Positions 1-9,925 are shown, counted from the stretch's first letter. The stretch: DNA of 64,000 nucleotides from Thermoanaerobacteraceae bacterium (GCA_030016635.1 JASEJQ010000003.1:8520-72519), one strand, 5' to 3'. Made by a program: numbers and translations. The notes: generated by a model not told the origin, from the letters alone.

Positions 1-434
1 CTCAAAAGAGCGGATACCTTGTCCTGGGCCAGGCCATAGGCATTATTGCCGTCCACTGAAACTATTCTGTCGCCCTTCCTTATACCAGCAACATCCGCCG
101 GCCCTCCTTCTATCACCGAAACAACCTTAATATATCCGTCCTCTTCAGAAATGATGAGCCCTACTCCGCTGTATTGCCCGCTGGTGTCCTCATTAAATTC
201 TTTCAGTTCCTCCTTGGTGAAATACTCACTGTAGGGGTCAACAGCCTGAAACATGCCTTTGAGTGCACCCTTTATCAGCTGTTCCTCAGTTACATCCCTC
301 ACCGTCGATGACAGTATGAATTGAAGCACAGAACTGAACATGTTTACATCGTAGGTCATTCCGGCATAAACCATAACGGGAGCTATGAGAAAGACCATTA
401 ATATAGTTAATATTATAATTTTTTTATATTTCAA
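1..434 (-). CDS. S41-family carboxyl-terminal processing peptidase, N-terminal part (gene continues beyond window start)
   Basis: Absent from the ORF track because it is partial and TTG-started. My minus-strand translation gives the signal peptide LKYKKIIILTILMVFLIAPVMVYAG, then ..LKGMFQAVDPYSEYFTKEELKEFNEDTSGQYSGVGLII..VIEGGPADVAGIRKGDRIVSVDG (tail-specific protease N-domain plus PDZ). A GGGGTGAG SD lies just upstream of the TTG at 432-434. Confidence 0.8.
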   Translation of the reverse strand, partial: MKYKKIIILTILMVFLIAPVMVYAGMTYDVNMFSSVLQFILSSTVRDVTEEQLIKGALKGMFQAVDPYSEYFTKEELKEFNEDTSGQYSGVGLIISEEDGYIKVVSVIEGGPADVAGIRKGDRIVSVDGNNAYGLAQDKVSALL

Positions 435-497
435 TGGATCTCACCCCTGTATAGTACCACTTATCTAACATTATATCATTAAACATTTGCATTGAAT

Positions 498-526
498 ACA
501 AAAAATAACCGGTATCCCCGGTTATT
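498..526 (-). terminator. Rho-independent terminator of the MBL-fold hydrolase gene
   Basis: Stem ATAACCGG (504-511) / CCGGTTAT (518-525) overlaps the stop codon and is followed on the minus strand by TTTTTTG. Confidence 0.65.
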
Positions 527-1172
527 TATTGTAGAAGTCCAGTACATATATACCTGTATCAAGTGGAAGATTTTCTGGTGTGACCTCCAGCTCGTCACTA
601 TTGAGTTTCTCACCCTTGCCATAAAGTTTCAGAAAATAATCTGCGGGCTTTATGGGAAGGTCGCCTGATGTCGTCTCCACAGCAAAGTGCATCGGGATGA
701 GGATTTTGGGGTTAATCCTCCTGACCTCTTTTGCCATCTGCTCAGGCTCCAGTGTAAAAAAGCCGCCCACAGGAGCAAAAAGGATATCTACCTCTTTTAT
801 CTTATCCAGAACATCATCACTTAGAGGTTCACCCAGGTCACCCAGATGACATATCTTAACCCCATCGATATTGTCCATCCAGAATATTATGTTTTTACCC
901 CTTTGTGTCCCTCCTTTGCTGTCATGGTTTACCTCATAGCCTTTTATATTCACGCCCTTTACATGGTGGTCTCCGGGCAGATCGACGACTGCCGCCCCTG
1001 GCCTTATGGCCCTCAGGTAGTTGTGGTCAAAGTGCTGATGAGATACTGTCACTATGTCTGCCTTTATTGATGGAAGGTCATACCCGACCGATGGATCATA
1101 AGGATCTGTAGCAATGGAAACATTTTTTCCGGTCAGCAAGAAACATGAGTGTCCATAATACTTGATTTTCAC
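522..1172 (-). CDS. Metallo-beta-lactamase-fold metal-dependent hydrolase (UPF0173-like)
   Basis: 216-aa ORF starting MKIKYYGHSCFLL, with HQHFDH (the HxHxDH zinc motif). Confidence 0.85.
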   Translation of the reverse strand: MKIKYYGHSCFLLTGKNVSIATDPYDPSVGYDLPSIKADIVTVSHQHFDHNYLRAIRPGAAVVDLPGDHHVKGVNIKGYEVNHDSKGGTQRGKNIIFWMDNIDGVKICHLGDLGEPLSDDVLDKIKEVDILFAPVGGFFTLEPEQMAKEVRRINPKILIPMHFAVETTSGDLPIKPADYFLKLYGKGEKLNSDELEVTPENLPLDTGIYVLDFYNK

Positions 1173-1203
1173 AGCACATCACCTCACATTACATATTATA
1201 CCA

Positions 1204-2370
1204 TTACTCATAATGTAATGCATCAATAGGATTTAGATTGGCAGCCCTGTTGGCAGGATAAACGCCGAACGCTATGCCAACCAGTAGGGCAAACCCAAAA
1301 GACACCCCAACTGTCAGAAGTGTTGTCTGAGTCGGGATATTCGCTACTGTAGAGAGTATCTTGGTTAAGACAAAGCCAACAATTACCCCGATTATCCCAC
1401 CTACACCCGAAAGTACAGAAGATTCAATTAGAAACTGTGTGAGTATGTCCCTCTTTTTTGCCCCAATGGCCTTTCTTATGCCTATCTCCCTGGTCCTTTC
1501 TGTCACGGTGACCAGCATGATGTTCATTATACCTATGCCTCCTACCAACAGAGATATACCTGCTATGCCGCCCAGCATCATACTCAAAACAGATGTCGAC
1601 TGCTTTACAGTATTTAGAAGTTCCGTCTGGTCAAAGACACTGTACGCATCCTCATCATCTTTGAAAAGACGCTTTAGGTCAGCCTCTAAATATGCCTTAG
1701 CAGCCTCTACATCATCAGGTGATGCAGCCTGTGCAGTTATGGACCTTACTCCTCCAGTTTGAAAAAGCCTTTGGGCAGTAGTTATAGGTACTATTACCAT
1801 ATCGTCCTGAGAGCCCATCATACTGCTTCCCTTAGACTTTAATAACCCCACAACAGTAAAGTTATTGCCACCTATCTTTATGGTCTCACCCACAGGGTTT
1901 AACATGCCCAGTTCTTTTGCTGCATCCGGACCTATCACAGCAACCCTGGCCCTGTTCTCCAGGTCAATTTCTGTTATAGCCTTCCCTGCTTCAAGCTCTC
2001 TATTATTTATAATAAAATAATCGGTATTTGTGCCTATTACACTGGTGTCATAGGTCTTGTTCATGAACTTTACTGTCATGCCGCTGTTGACTGTAGGGGC
2101 AATACCTGATATATATGGGTTTTTAAGTTCCAGGGCCTCCTCATAAGTCAAGGTGGTTTGTGTCCCTCTGCCCATTATGTTGACATTTAGGATATTTGAC
2201 CCCATGCCCTCCAACTGGCTGGTAACCTGAGAGGTAGCTCCAGAGGCAAATGAGACCAAAGCTATTACCGAGGCCACCCCTATTATTATGCCCAGCATGG
2301 TAAGAAAAGAGCGGAGCTTATTGTCAATAATTCCTCTAAGTGCCAGTTTTATAAGTTGATATAGATTCAT
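1204..2370 (-). CDS. ABC transporter permease, MacB/FtsX family
   Basis: 388 aa with an N-terminal TM segment, a large extracytoplasmic MacB-like domain and a C-terminal FtsX-type 3-TM bundle. Overlaps the upstream ATPase gene by 4 nt. Confidence 0.9.
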   Translation of the reverse strand: MNLYQLIKLALRGIIDNKLRSFLTMLGIIIGVASVIALVSFASGATSQVTSQLEGMGSNILNVNIMGRGTQTTLTYEEALELKNPYISGIAPTVNSGMTVKFMNKTYDTSVIGTNTDYFIINNRELEAGKAITEIDLENRARVAVIGPDAAKELGMLNPVGETIKIGGNNFTVVGLLKSKGSSMMGSQDDMVIVPITTAQRLFQTGGVRSITAQAASPDDVEAAKAYLEADLKRLFKDDEDAYSVFDQTELLNTVKQSTSVLSMMLGGIAGISLLVGGIGIMNIMLVTVTERTREIGIRKAIGAKKRDILTQFLIESSVLSGVGGIIGVIVGFVLTKILSTVANIPTQTTLLTVGVSFGFALLVGIAFGVYPANRAANLNPIDALHYE

Positions 2371-3044
2371 GCGACCACCTCGTCACTTAAAATCCTGCCG
2401 TCTAAAATGCGTACAATCCTCTTTGCTTCACTGGCTATGCTCATGTCGTGGGTTATGAGGATTACAGTCCTGCCTGCACTGTTTAGGTCTTTTAACATAT
2501 CCATAACCTCATGGGCAGAATGGCTATCTAAGTTACCCGTGGGTTCATCGGCCAGGATAATGTTGGGATCTCCCACAAGGGCCCTGGCTATGGCTACCCT
2601 CTGCTGCTGGCCGCCCGACATCTCTGTTGGCCTGTGGTTTGTCCTGTCGGCCAGGCCCACCTTTTCCAGCGCTACCTTTGCCCTTTCCCTTCTTTCATGG
2701 ACTGGCATACCCCTGTATATTAAAGGAAGCTCTACATTTTCCAGAGCGGTAAGCCTTGGTAAAAGATTAAACTCCTGAAATACAAACCCAATCTCCCTGT
2801 TTCTTATATCTGCCAGCTTATCCTGTTTAAGCTTGGAAACCTCACTGCCGTTTAGTATATAGGTGCCAGATGTAGGGGTGTCAAGACATCCCAAAAGATG
2901 CATAAAGGTCGACTTACCCGAACCGGATGGGCCTGTTATGGCCACGAACTCGCCCTCATCAATGTCTATGTCAACCCCATCCAGTGCCCTGACCTCTACC
3001 TTCCCCATGCGGTATATCTTGGTCATATTCTCGATGTGTATCAT
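2367..3044 (-). CDS. ABC transporter ATP-binding protein (MacB/LolD-like)
   Basis: Walker [10 protein letters not shown], signature MSGGQQQRV, Walker [12 protein letters not shown]. Start moved to MIHIENMTK (ATG 3042-3044) because GAGGTGA lies 5 nt upstream. The alternative ATG at 3059 overlaps the adaptor stop (ATGA). Confidence 0.9.
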   Translation of the reverse strand: MIHIENMTKIYRMGKVEVRALDGVDIDIDEGEFVAITGPSGSGKSTFMHLLGCLDTPTSGTYILNGSEVSKLKQDKLADIRNREIGFVFQEFNLLPRLTALENVELPLIYRGMPVHERRERAKVALEKVGLADRTNHRPTEMSGGQQQRVAIARALVGDPNIILADEPTGNLDSHSAHEVMDMLKDLNSAGRTVILITHDMSIASEAKRIVRILDGRILSDEVVA

Positions 3045-3055
3045 ACAATCACCTC

Positions 3056-4618
3056 TCATCGGCCAGGCGTTACAGCTCTTGCCGCGCCACCTAGGCCACC
3101 TCCAGGACCCATCTGGAAACCACTGCTCCCGGAACTGACAGTAACCTCTACCTCATCACCTTCATTGAGCCCTGATATAACCTCTGCATAGTGTTCATTG
3201 GTAAGCCCTATCTCTACCTTCACAGGTTCGGTTGACCCAACCTTTGTAACGTAAGCCTGCCGTCCTTGATATTTTAACGCCTCTATTGGCACAAGAAGCA
3301 CATTATCCTTCTTTTCCAATACAATATCAGCGTTAACCGTCATGCCTGCCTTGAGCTCCGGAGTCTTATTCATGGTCACCTTTACGTCAAAGGTGGATAC
3401 ACCATTCTGTGCCTTACCCTCATCGGCTATATCCGATATTACACCTTTAAACATCTTGCCCTGCACAGCATCAGAAGTAACAATAACCTCATGGCCCTCT
3501 TTGAGCTTGCCAACATCCATTTCATCAACTGGTATGACAACATTCATTGAGCTGTAATCAACTATACGTGCATCTACAGTGTTGCTGCTTGTATCTAAAC
3601 TTGAAAGGTCATCTCCTACATTTACATTCTGCTCGACTATAGTTCCAGAAATCGGTGCATAGACATACAGGTCTTTTAATTCCTGCTGCTTGGACTCAAT
3701 GTCTGCCATGGCCTGCTCTATCTTCATCTTTTGCAGCTCTATCTGGTCGTCAATGCTGTCCGAGTGTATGGTCGCCAACAGCTGCCCCTTCTTTACTGTA
3801 TCATTTGCCTTTACATACAACTTCTCTATGTCACCGGCAAGCTCTGCCTTTACATTCTCTACGTCTGCCCTCTCTAACAGATTTGTGGTAAATGCCTGGA
3901 CGTTACCTGATGAAGTTATTATCGTGGCATTTACTTTTTCACCACCCTTTAAGCTGCCGGGATTTTTAACCTGTACCTCTACATTATATACAATCCCGCC
4001 TCCCGATGTGGGCTGTGGGCTGCTATCCACGCCTGTCACCGTACCTGTCAGGTTGGAAAGATACTCAGGCAGGAAAACATTCACCTTGTCTCCAACCTTT
4101 ACACTGCCAATCTGTGTCTGCGTTATACCAGCAGTGAACTTGAAATAGCTGTCAGACTCTATGGTTGCAATAACCGTACCCTTATTTACAGAGTCACCCT
4201 CCTTGACATTGATAGCTGTGATTCTCCCATCTATAGGTGAAGTTACTTTTTCCCCAGCCTTTTGTTTATTCAGATCTTTCATATCCATATTGAGCTGTTT
4301 TAGATTGAGCTCTGCCTGTCTGAGAGAGAGGGCTACATTATCGTCCTCTATCACATACAGGAGGTCCCCCTGCTTTACCACATCACCCTCATTGAAATTG
4401 ACCTGAACCAGCTTTCCGTTTCTCCTAAGCCTTATGGTCTCCTCATCAGCTGGCTCCAGTGTCCCCGAGCCGCTGATCCTGATTTCAATGGGCCCCCTTG
4501 TCACCTTTTGTGTAGCCGTAACCACACCCTGTTTTGGCGCACTATTTGCACCGGCAGAACACCCTGCCAGTGAAAATATCAAAATCAATACTGTTAATGT
4601 TAAAAAGAATCTCTTCAC
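3056..4618 (-). CDS. Efflux transporter periplasmic adaptor subunit (HlyD/MacA family), lipoprotein
   Basis: 520 aa with lipobox LAGCS, coiled-coil segments and barrel-sandwich/beta-barrel repeats. Translationally coupled to the ABC ATPase and permease genes. Confidence 0.85.
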   Translation of the reverse strand: MKRFFLTLTVLILIFSLAGCSAGANSAPKQGVVTATQKVTRGPIEIRISGSGTLEPADEETIRLRRNGKLVQVNFNEGDVVKQGDLLYVIEDDNVALSLRQAELNLKQLNMDMKDLNKQKAGEKVTSPIDGRITAINVKEGDSVNKGTVIATIESDSYFKFTAGITQTQIGSVKVGDKVNVFLPEYLSNLTGTVTGVDSSPQPTSGGGIVYNVEVQVKNPGSLKGGEKVNATIITSSGNVQAFTTNLLERADVENVKAELAGDIEKLYVKANDTVKKGQLLATIHSDSIDDQIELQKMKIEQAMADIESKQQELKDLYVYAPISGTIVEQNVNVGDDLSSLDTSSNTVDARIVDYSSMNVVIPVDEMDVGKLKEGHEVIVTSDAVQGKMFKGVISDIADEGKAQNGVSTFDVKVTMNKTPELKAGMTVNADIVLEKKDNVLLVPIEALKYQGRQAYVTKVGSTEPVKVEIGLTNEHYAEVISGLNEGDEVEVTVSSGSSGFQMGPGGGLGGAARAVTPGR

Positions 4619-4727
4619 ATATATCCCTCCTTGAGACTATTATATCAAAATATCAGATACAAAGAAGTTAATAAATTGTAAATTTTATAAAGATCCTTAT
4701 ATACGCAGCACGTCAGGAGGTGGTTCT

Positions 4728-4787
4728 ATGACAAAAATACTTATAGTGGATGAGGATATAGAAGAAACACTAATAACTTCAGAATAA
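4728..4787 (+). pseudogene. Remnant of a response-regulator gene (first 19 codons only)
   Basis: AGGAGGTGG SD then ATG: MTKILIVDEDIEETLITSE followed by TAA. MTKILIVDED is a typical receiver-domain N-terminus, but the ORF stops after 19 codons. Confidence 0.4.
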
Positions 4788-4811
4788 TAATTTGTATATC
4801 AGTACCTTCTA

Positions 4812-4849
4812 TAAAAAATAAATCCCCGGCAATTTCTCGCCAGGGATTT
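4812..4849 (-). terminator. Rho-independent terminator downstream of kamE
   Basis: Stem AAATCCCCGGC (4820-4830) / GCCAGGGATTT (4839-4849), followed on the minus strand by a TTTATTTTTT run. Confidence 0.8.
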
Positions 4850-4851
4850 AT

Positions 4852-5640
4852 TCATTTCTTTTCCTGCCTTATCATTTCCTTTACAATAAAGGCTGCCACG
4901 TCCTCTGCAAAGCTGCCAGACCCAAAACCTGCATCATAACCCAATTCTCTGGCAAGCTGGTGGGTTATGCGAGGGCCACCGCATACGAGGATAAAGTTGT
5001 CGCGTACCCACTGTGCCTCCATAAGTTCTACCATATTTTTAAGGTTTGATATGTGTACGTCTTTCTGGGTGACCACCTGGGATATCAGGATTGCATCTGC
5101 CTTAAGTTCTATGGCCTTAGCCAATAGCTCCTCATTCATGACCTGGCTGCCTAAGTTGTAAGCATCTATCATCTGATACCTTTCAAGGCCGTAGTGTCCT
5201 GCGTAGCCTTTCATATTCATTATGGCGTCTATGCCAACCGTGTGGGCATCTGTACCTGTACAGGCGCCGACAACAACAATCTTCCTCCCTATTTTTTCTC
5301 TTATTAAGGCATCTATCTCATCCATGGTCATTTCTTCTTTTTCTACCTCTTCCACATGGATGGATGTATAGTCCACGGTATGAGTTGTAGAGGCATAGGC
5401 TACAAAAAATGTATATCCAACGCCGAGGTCCTTTGAGCAGGTGATGTTTATGTCTTCAAAGCCCATACTGGATAGAAGCTCTCTGGCTGCCTCCAAAGCT
5501 TTAGCATCGCATGGAATCGGCAGTGTGAAAGAGAGCTGCATCTTTCCATCATTCATTGTGTCTCCGTATGGTTTTACCTTAGTAAGGTCCAAAGTCCTGT
5601 CGTATTCTTTCTTTCCCAGCGAATAAAGTCCCGAGCTCAT
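4852..5640 (-). CDS. kamE: Lysine 5,6-aminomutase beta subunit (B12-binding)
   Basis: 262 aa with the cobalamin-binding motif DAHTVG inside a Rossmann-like C-terminal half. Overlaps kamD by 4 nt. Confidence 0.9.
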   Translation of the reverse strand: MSSGLYSLGKKEYDRTLDLTKVKPYGDTMNDGKMQLSFTLPIPCDAKALEAARELLSSMGFEDINITCSKDLGVGYTFFVAYASTTHTVDYTSIHVEEVEKEEMTMDEIDALIREKIGRKIVVVGACTGTDAHTVGIDAIMNMKGYAGHYGLERYQMIDAYNLGSQVMNEELLAKAIELKADAILISQVVTQKDVHISNLKNMVELMEAQWVRDNFILVCGGPRITHQLARELGYDAGFGSGSFAEDVAAFIVKEMIRQEKK

Positions 5641-7193
5641 TCGTTTTCACCTCCCAGCATGAGAGGTATGAATGGGTTTATATACTTTTCATCCTTTACG
5701 AATACACCGTCCAAACCTTTACCACCGGTAAACGACCTCTTTACGTCGGCGAATATGCCATCCTCCAGGGATTTAAAGAGTCCCTTTGTCTCCATTTCTT
5801 TTAGCAGGGCCGCTGACTTGTTCAATACCTCTTTTGCCCTTGTCTCTATAATGCCGCCATTCTTAAACTCTATATCATCTCCAAGGTGCTTCATGTTATT
5901 GAATATATATTTTGCATTTTCAATGGACAGATACCTATCCTGAAGGAAGGGAGTGTGTATGGCCTCGGTGAGCATGCCAAGAAGCTGTATGCCCTGATGA
6001 GTCATGATGGCTGCTATATTAAACATGGCGTCCTGTATATGCCCCTTAAATATATTCCCCGTCATGTATTTGGTGGGTGGCATATACTTTATGGGGGCTT
6101 TAGGAAATATCTGTCTTATCATCTGAGCCTGCGCTACCTCATACAGAAACCCGTCGGTGAGGTCAGGATCCATCTCAAAGGCATGACCAAGGCCCATCTG
6201 CTCTGGTGGTATGCCTGCTGCTAAGGCAAACTGTTCGTTTATAAAGTCCGAGGCCAATACAGTATGGGCTGCTTCCACAGCGTCTGCTGTGGTGAGGTAG
6301 TTGTCCTCCCCTGTGTTTATGATAATTCCTGAAAAACCGTTTATCACCCTGGAGAAGAACTGGTCTACCAGCGTCCTCTGCATGTTTATATCCCTGAAGA
6401 GTATGCCGTAGAGGGCATCGTTGAGCATGACATCCAGCCTTTCTAAGGCTCCCATGGCTGCAATCTCCGGCATACAAAGACCTGATGCATAGTTTACCAG
6501 CCTTATATATCTGCCGAGCTCTTTTGATACATCGTCTAAGGCACTCCTCATTATCCTGAAATTTTCCTGGGTAGCAAATGTGCCGCCGAACCCTTCTGTG
6601 GTAGCACCGTAAGGGACATAGTCTAAAAGGCTCTGGCCTGTTGAGCGTATTACTGCAATTATGTCAGCCCCCTGGCGTGCTGCAGCCTGGGCCTGAACCA
6701 CATCCTCATATATATTGCCGGTGGCCACTATGACATAGAGGTACGGCTGCTGCCCTTCACCCAGTTCTTTTAACATCCTCTCACGGGTTTGCCTGTTTTC
6801 TTTTATCCTTTGCATGGCCGGCCTGGCCATCTCATTCGCTTTACCGATTATCTCATCATAAGGCGCACGAGGCATTTTAATTATATCCAGTTCGCCACGA
6901 GCTACCTTTTCAGCCACCTCCTGGGGAATAATATTTCTATTAAGGCAGGCATTGGCTACATAATAAGCGGCACCCAGAGGCAGGGCACTATTTCTTTTTA
7001 TTTCGTCCACAAGCACATTAGGAAGTGGCACTCCGTCATGGGTTACTCCATCCACGCCATAAAGTCTCAATATAGTCCTTTCTGTACTCACCGTTGCTCT
7101 TTTGTCCACAAACTCCTGCACATCATCCGCAATCTTCTTTGCCGATTCTCTGCAGGATGCAATAGTATTTTCATCAAGGTTTAAATGTGCCAC
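5637..7193 (-). CDS. kamD: Lysine 5,6-aminomutase alpha subunit
   Basis: 518 aa of the TIM-barrel KamD/OraS-type family, placed next to kamE and in a cluster with kamA and kdd. GTG start with AGGAAG SD. Confidence 0.9.
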   Translation of the reverse strand: MAHLNLDENTIASCRESAKKIADDVQEFVDKRATVSTERTILRLYGVDGVTHDGVPLPNVLVDEIKRNSALPLGAAYYVANACLNRNIIPQEVAEKVARGELDIIKMPRAPYDEIIGKANEMARPAMQRIKENRQTRERMLKELGEGQQPYLYVIVATGNIYEDVVQAQAAARQGADIIAVIRSTGQSLLDYVPYGATTEGFGGTFATQENFRIMRSALDDVSKELGRYIRLVNYASGLCMPEIAAMGALERLDVMLNDALYGILFRDINMQRTLVDQFFSRVINGFSGIIINTGEDNYLTTADAVEAAHTVLASDFINEQFALAAGIPPEQMGLGHAFEMDPDLTDGFLYEVAQAQMIRQIFPKAPIKYMPPTKYMTGNIFKGHIQDAMFNIAAIMTHQGIQLLGMLTEAIHTPFLQDRYLSIENAKYIFNNMKHLGDDIEFKNGGIIETRAKEVLNKSAALLKEMETKGLFKSLEDGIFADVKRSFTGGKGLDGVFVKDEKYINPFIPLMLGGENE

Positions 7194-7232
7194 GTCATCG
7201 CTTCCTTTCGATATAATGTTTTAACCATCTTT

Positions 7233-7576
7233 GATTTTAGTGTACAAAGCAGTATTCCACGAATGATAGCAACATCCATGCACCTGATCGCTTGTCTTGA
7301 TACTCTAATAATTCGTGGCTGCGTTTCGCCGGGTACGCCTCCATTCGGCGTCCTTGCCTCAAACTTAAGCTCATCCGGCGTCCATGCCGGATGCCCCGGC
7401 TGCACTTGTCACGAATTCAAGAGTATCATAGACTCTCTTTAACCGTCCATGCTTATTTTAAGCACAACCAATAATGAAAATAGGATGATGCGTTGTAAAT
7501 CTTACCATGAGTAGTCTATTTTCGTGTTAAGGTTGCATTTGATGCTCACTATCATTCTTCATAAGGGTTTTTACAG
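7233..7576 (+). repeat. Structured intergenic repeat, copy A (MITE-like; long-core variant with an extra 88-nt internal segment)
   Basis: Arms GAATGATAGCAACATCC (7261-) and GATGCTCACTATCATTC (-7557). Core GCCGGGTACGCCTCCATTCGGCGTCC...ATGCCGGATGCCCCGGC at 7328-7400. Bracketed by a perfect 13-nt direct repeat TTTAACCATCTTT (7220-7232 and 7577-7589). Confidence 0.85.
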
Positions 7577-7577
7577 T

Positions 7578-9158
7578 TTAACCATCTTTTGTTCCATCAG
7601 ATACCCGTTCAGTCAAGCCAGCCTGTATCTGACGAGCCCTTTCTATAATTGAAAAATCTATGCCCATAAGATATGCTATATTGATGGCATCCTGGGGCAC
7701 ATCACTATACCCTACATTCTCTAAACTATAGTCCATATATTGGCGTATTTTTTTTAGCCTGTCTTCCAAACTTAATTTTTCAATCTCTTCCAGGGACATA
7801 TCCTTTAAACCCCTAACCCGATAGTGCCCTATCCCTTCCACGTTCACTCCCTCATAGTGTGTAGTAATGAGTGTTACAGTGTCCATGTCTTTGAGATACT
7901 CTATAATACTTAATAAAAGGGCCCTTCCCTCCGGCGGGTTTGTACCCTGGGTCAGCTCATCTAAGAGGAGAAGTCCCCTATCCTTTTTGAGGTATGGGCT
8001 TAAACCGGCCATGGCATTTCCAAAGCTGGATAGTCCGTTTTCCGGGCTGTCACCTTCTCTGCTCAGATAGATATAGCTAAAGATAGGTACCTCAGCGTGT
8101 GCGGCGGGTACATAGAGGCCATATGAAGCCATCTTAGCTATAAGACCCACCATTTTCAATGTTACCGATTTGCCTCCCATATTAGCCCCGGTAAGTACTG
8201 TAACCCCTTTTTCGAGGGTAATGCTCACCGGCTGATACTTCATGCAGCGTTCTTCTAAAAAGCTCTTAATGTATGGGTGAAAGCCGTCCTTTATATGGAC
8301 AAACATATTGTCTGTTATCTCCGGCGGATTAAGCCCAAGCTTCACAGCCAAATTTGCCCTGGCCAGCAATAGGTCTATATGAGAAGCCGCTTTGAGGCTG
8401 TGCTGTATTTCATCCATGTGTTTCAATACCTCGTCGGTGAGGTGCTCCCTGACCTTAAGCTCTTCCTCCTCTTCCATGTTTTTGAGAACTATAAGTTCTT
8501 TTTCAGTCTTGATGTATTCATCCGACGGGTTAGCACTGATAGTAGCCCTGGTGAGTCCTTCTTTTAATAAATAAAAGCCATTGGGAATTGGTTCTCCTTT
8601 TCCGATATATGCCCTTCCGTCTGGAGATATTTCTAAACCTGTTGACTCTTTGAGCTCTTCAATTCGGTCTGCCATAATCCTATCCATGGTCTTTTTGAGT
8701 CTATCCATCTCTTTTCTTATCTCTTTAAGACGGCTGGAGTAGGAGCTGTATATAAAAAATGATGATGCCTCGCCCTCAATGTTTAAAAGGTTATATACCT
8801 CAGGGACGGGTTTTACAATATATTCCTCGGGGAGTTCTATATCCCTTATGGTGTTATATATCTTCTCAAATGTAAAAAGGTCATTCTTAAGCTCAAATAA
8901 CTCAACCTCTTTAAGCGGAAGACCCTTTTGTGCCCTGTCCAGAGAGCCGGTGATATCCTTTAACGACGAAAGATAATATGCCAGTTCCCTCCTCCATCTG
9001 TCGTCCCGGGAGAGCAACAGTCCTGTAAGCGAAAGGCATTGGCGCACATCATCCTCCTGGCCTGGCTCAAAGGGTGCCATGGCTCTTTTAAGCCTGTGCC
9101 CCCCAGGTGTGAGTACCTCTAAATTATCCATAATATACTCAAAGCCCAGTTCGTCCAT
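7578..9158 (-). CDS. MutS-domain-V-like ATPase embedded in the lysine aminomutase operon (no mismatch-binding domain evident)
   Basis: Walker A GANMGGKSVTLK and Walker B LLLLDELTQGTNPPEG match the MutS family ABC-ATPase domain. Start moved to MDELGFEY (ATG 9156-9158), 2 nt after the upstream stop. Confidence 0.8.
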   Translation of the reverse strand: MDELGFEYIMDNLEVLTPGGHRLKRAMAPFEPGQEDDVRQCLSLTGLLLSRDDRWRRELAYYLSSLKDITGSLDRAQKGLPLKEVELFELKNDLFTFEKIYNTIRDIELPEEYIVKPVPEVYNLLNIEGEASSFFIYSSYSSRLKEIRKEMDRLKKTMDRIMADRIEELKESTGLEISPDGRAYIGKGEPIPNGFYLLKEGLTRATISANPSDEYIKTEKELIVLKNMEEEEELKVREHLTDEVLKHMDEIQHSLKAASHIDLLLARANLAVKLGLNPPEITDNMFVHIKDGFHPYIKSFLEERCMKYQPVSITLEKGVTVLTGANMGGKSVTLKMVGLIAKMASYGLYVPAAHAEVPIFSYIYLSREGDSPENGLSSFGNAMAGLSPYLKKDRGLLLLDELTQGTNPPEGRALLLSIIEYLKDMDTVTLITTHYEGVNVEGIGHYRVRGLKDMSLEEIEKLSLEDRLKKIRQYMDYSLENVGYSDVPQDAINIAYLMGIDFSIIERARQIQAGLTERVSDGTKDG

Positions 9159-9160
9159 TT

Positions 9161-9925
9161 CTATACCTCCACAAGCGGCAACCCGGTAAAAATAAACCTG
9201 TCGGACACCACAACAAGGATGGGTGCCTTTCTGATACAGGCCAGGCCCACCTTCCCGTGTACTTCGAGCCATTCATCTCTTTCCAGGACAAAAGATGAGG
9301 GGTATTCTCCTATTACGGTTATATCGTTACGCCTGCTTAAAATATCCATTATAAGACCGAAGGTAATAGCTCCTTTAATAAAGACCGCCTCTGTATCCTC
9401 TTTTATCATGGCAGCTATGTCTCTACCCCTGCCCAGAGGTAAAAATTCAATAGGGGTTATTTCCTCTCCTATTATAGCTGATTTATCGTTATTTACGCCA
9501 ATCTCCGGTAAATTTAGTCTGGAGTAAAGATAATCATATTCTTCTTGATCTCTTACCGTAAGTGCTATCCCATCGCATACTTCAGGCGAGGTTGAGGCCA
9601 GGATATCAGAGACTATGATTGACCTCTCTGCACCAAGTTCAGGCATGGAAAGTGCCATTTCTCTGCATAATTTGAGCGAGGTTGGCCCTGATACGGTTGA
9701 TGGTGCATCAGTCCTTTTCTTTAATATATAGATGTCTGCCACCTTTTTTATAATTTCCTCTCTTCCCACATCGAAAAAAGAGGCAGTATAGAGGCTACCC
9801 TCCGGTATTGGAATAATCCTTCTGCCAGTCGCCGTAAAGGCGTCCCCCAGTATACCTGCAGCCTCACTCAATCCCCCTATAGCGGTTAATATCTTTACTC
9901 CCTGCAAAACCTCAGTCCTCAACAT
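9161..9925 (-). CDS. Hypothetical protein, partner of the MutS-like ATPase in the kam operon
   Basis: 254 aa from MLRTEVLQGVKIL (GGAGAAAGAAGGAGAA upstream). Overlaps the kamA 3' end by 14 nt. I recognise no motif. Confidence 0.6.
   Translation of the reverse strand: MLRTEVLQGVKILTAIGGLSEAAGILGDAFTATGRRIIPIPEGSLYTASFFDVGREEIIKKVADIYILKKRTDAPSTVSGPTSLKLCREMALSMPELGAERSIIVSDILASTSPEVCDGIALTVRDQEEYDYLYSRLNLPEIGVNNDKSAIIGEEITPIEFLPLGRGRDIAAMIKEDTEAVFIKGAITFGLIMDILSRRNDITVIGEYPSSFVLERDEWLEVHGKVGLACIRKAPILVVVSDRFIFTGLPLVEV

Noticed and set aside
7181-7442. ORFs of 60-147 aa lying in or across the repeat copies: 7181-7405 (-), 7185-7442 (+), 29457-29663 (-), 29685-30128 (+), 31072-31428 (+), 40273-40599 (+), 48913-49125 (-).
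   Set aside because: The same conserved nucleotide core is read in different frames in different copies. For example, ..SPGTPPFGV.. in copy A corresponds to ..FAGYASIRR.. in copy C. Indels are not multiples of three, no SD is present, and several of these ORFs run antisense into real genes. The repeat is non-coding.
7439-7530. Treating the TTAA-flanked 88-nt segment in copy A as a defined second mobile element.
   Set aside because: Only one occurrence is visible in this window and a 4-nt AT-only duplication is weak evidence. It is mentioned under copy A but not annotated as a feature.
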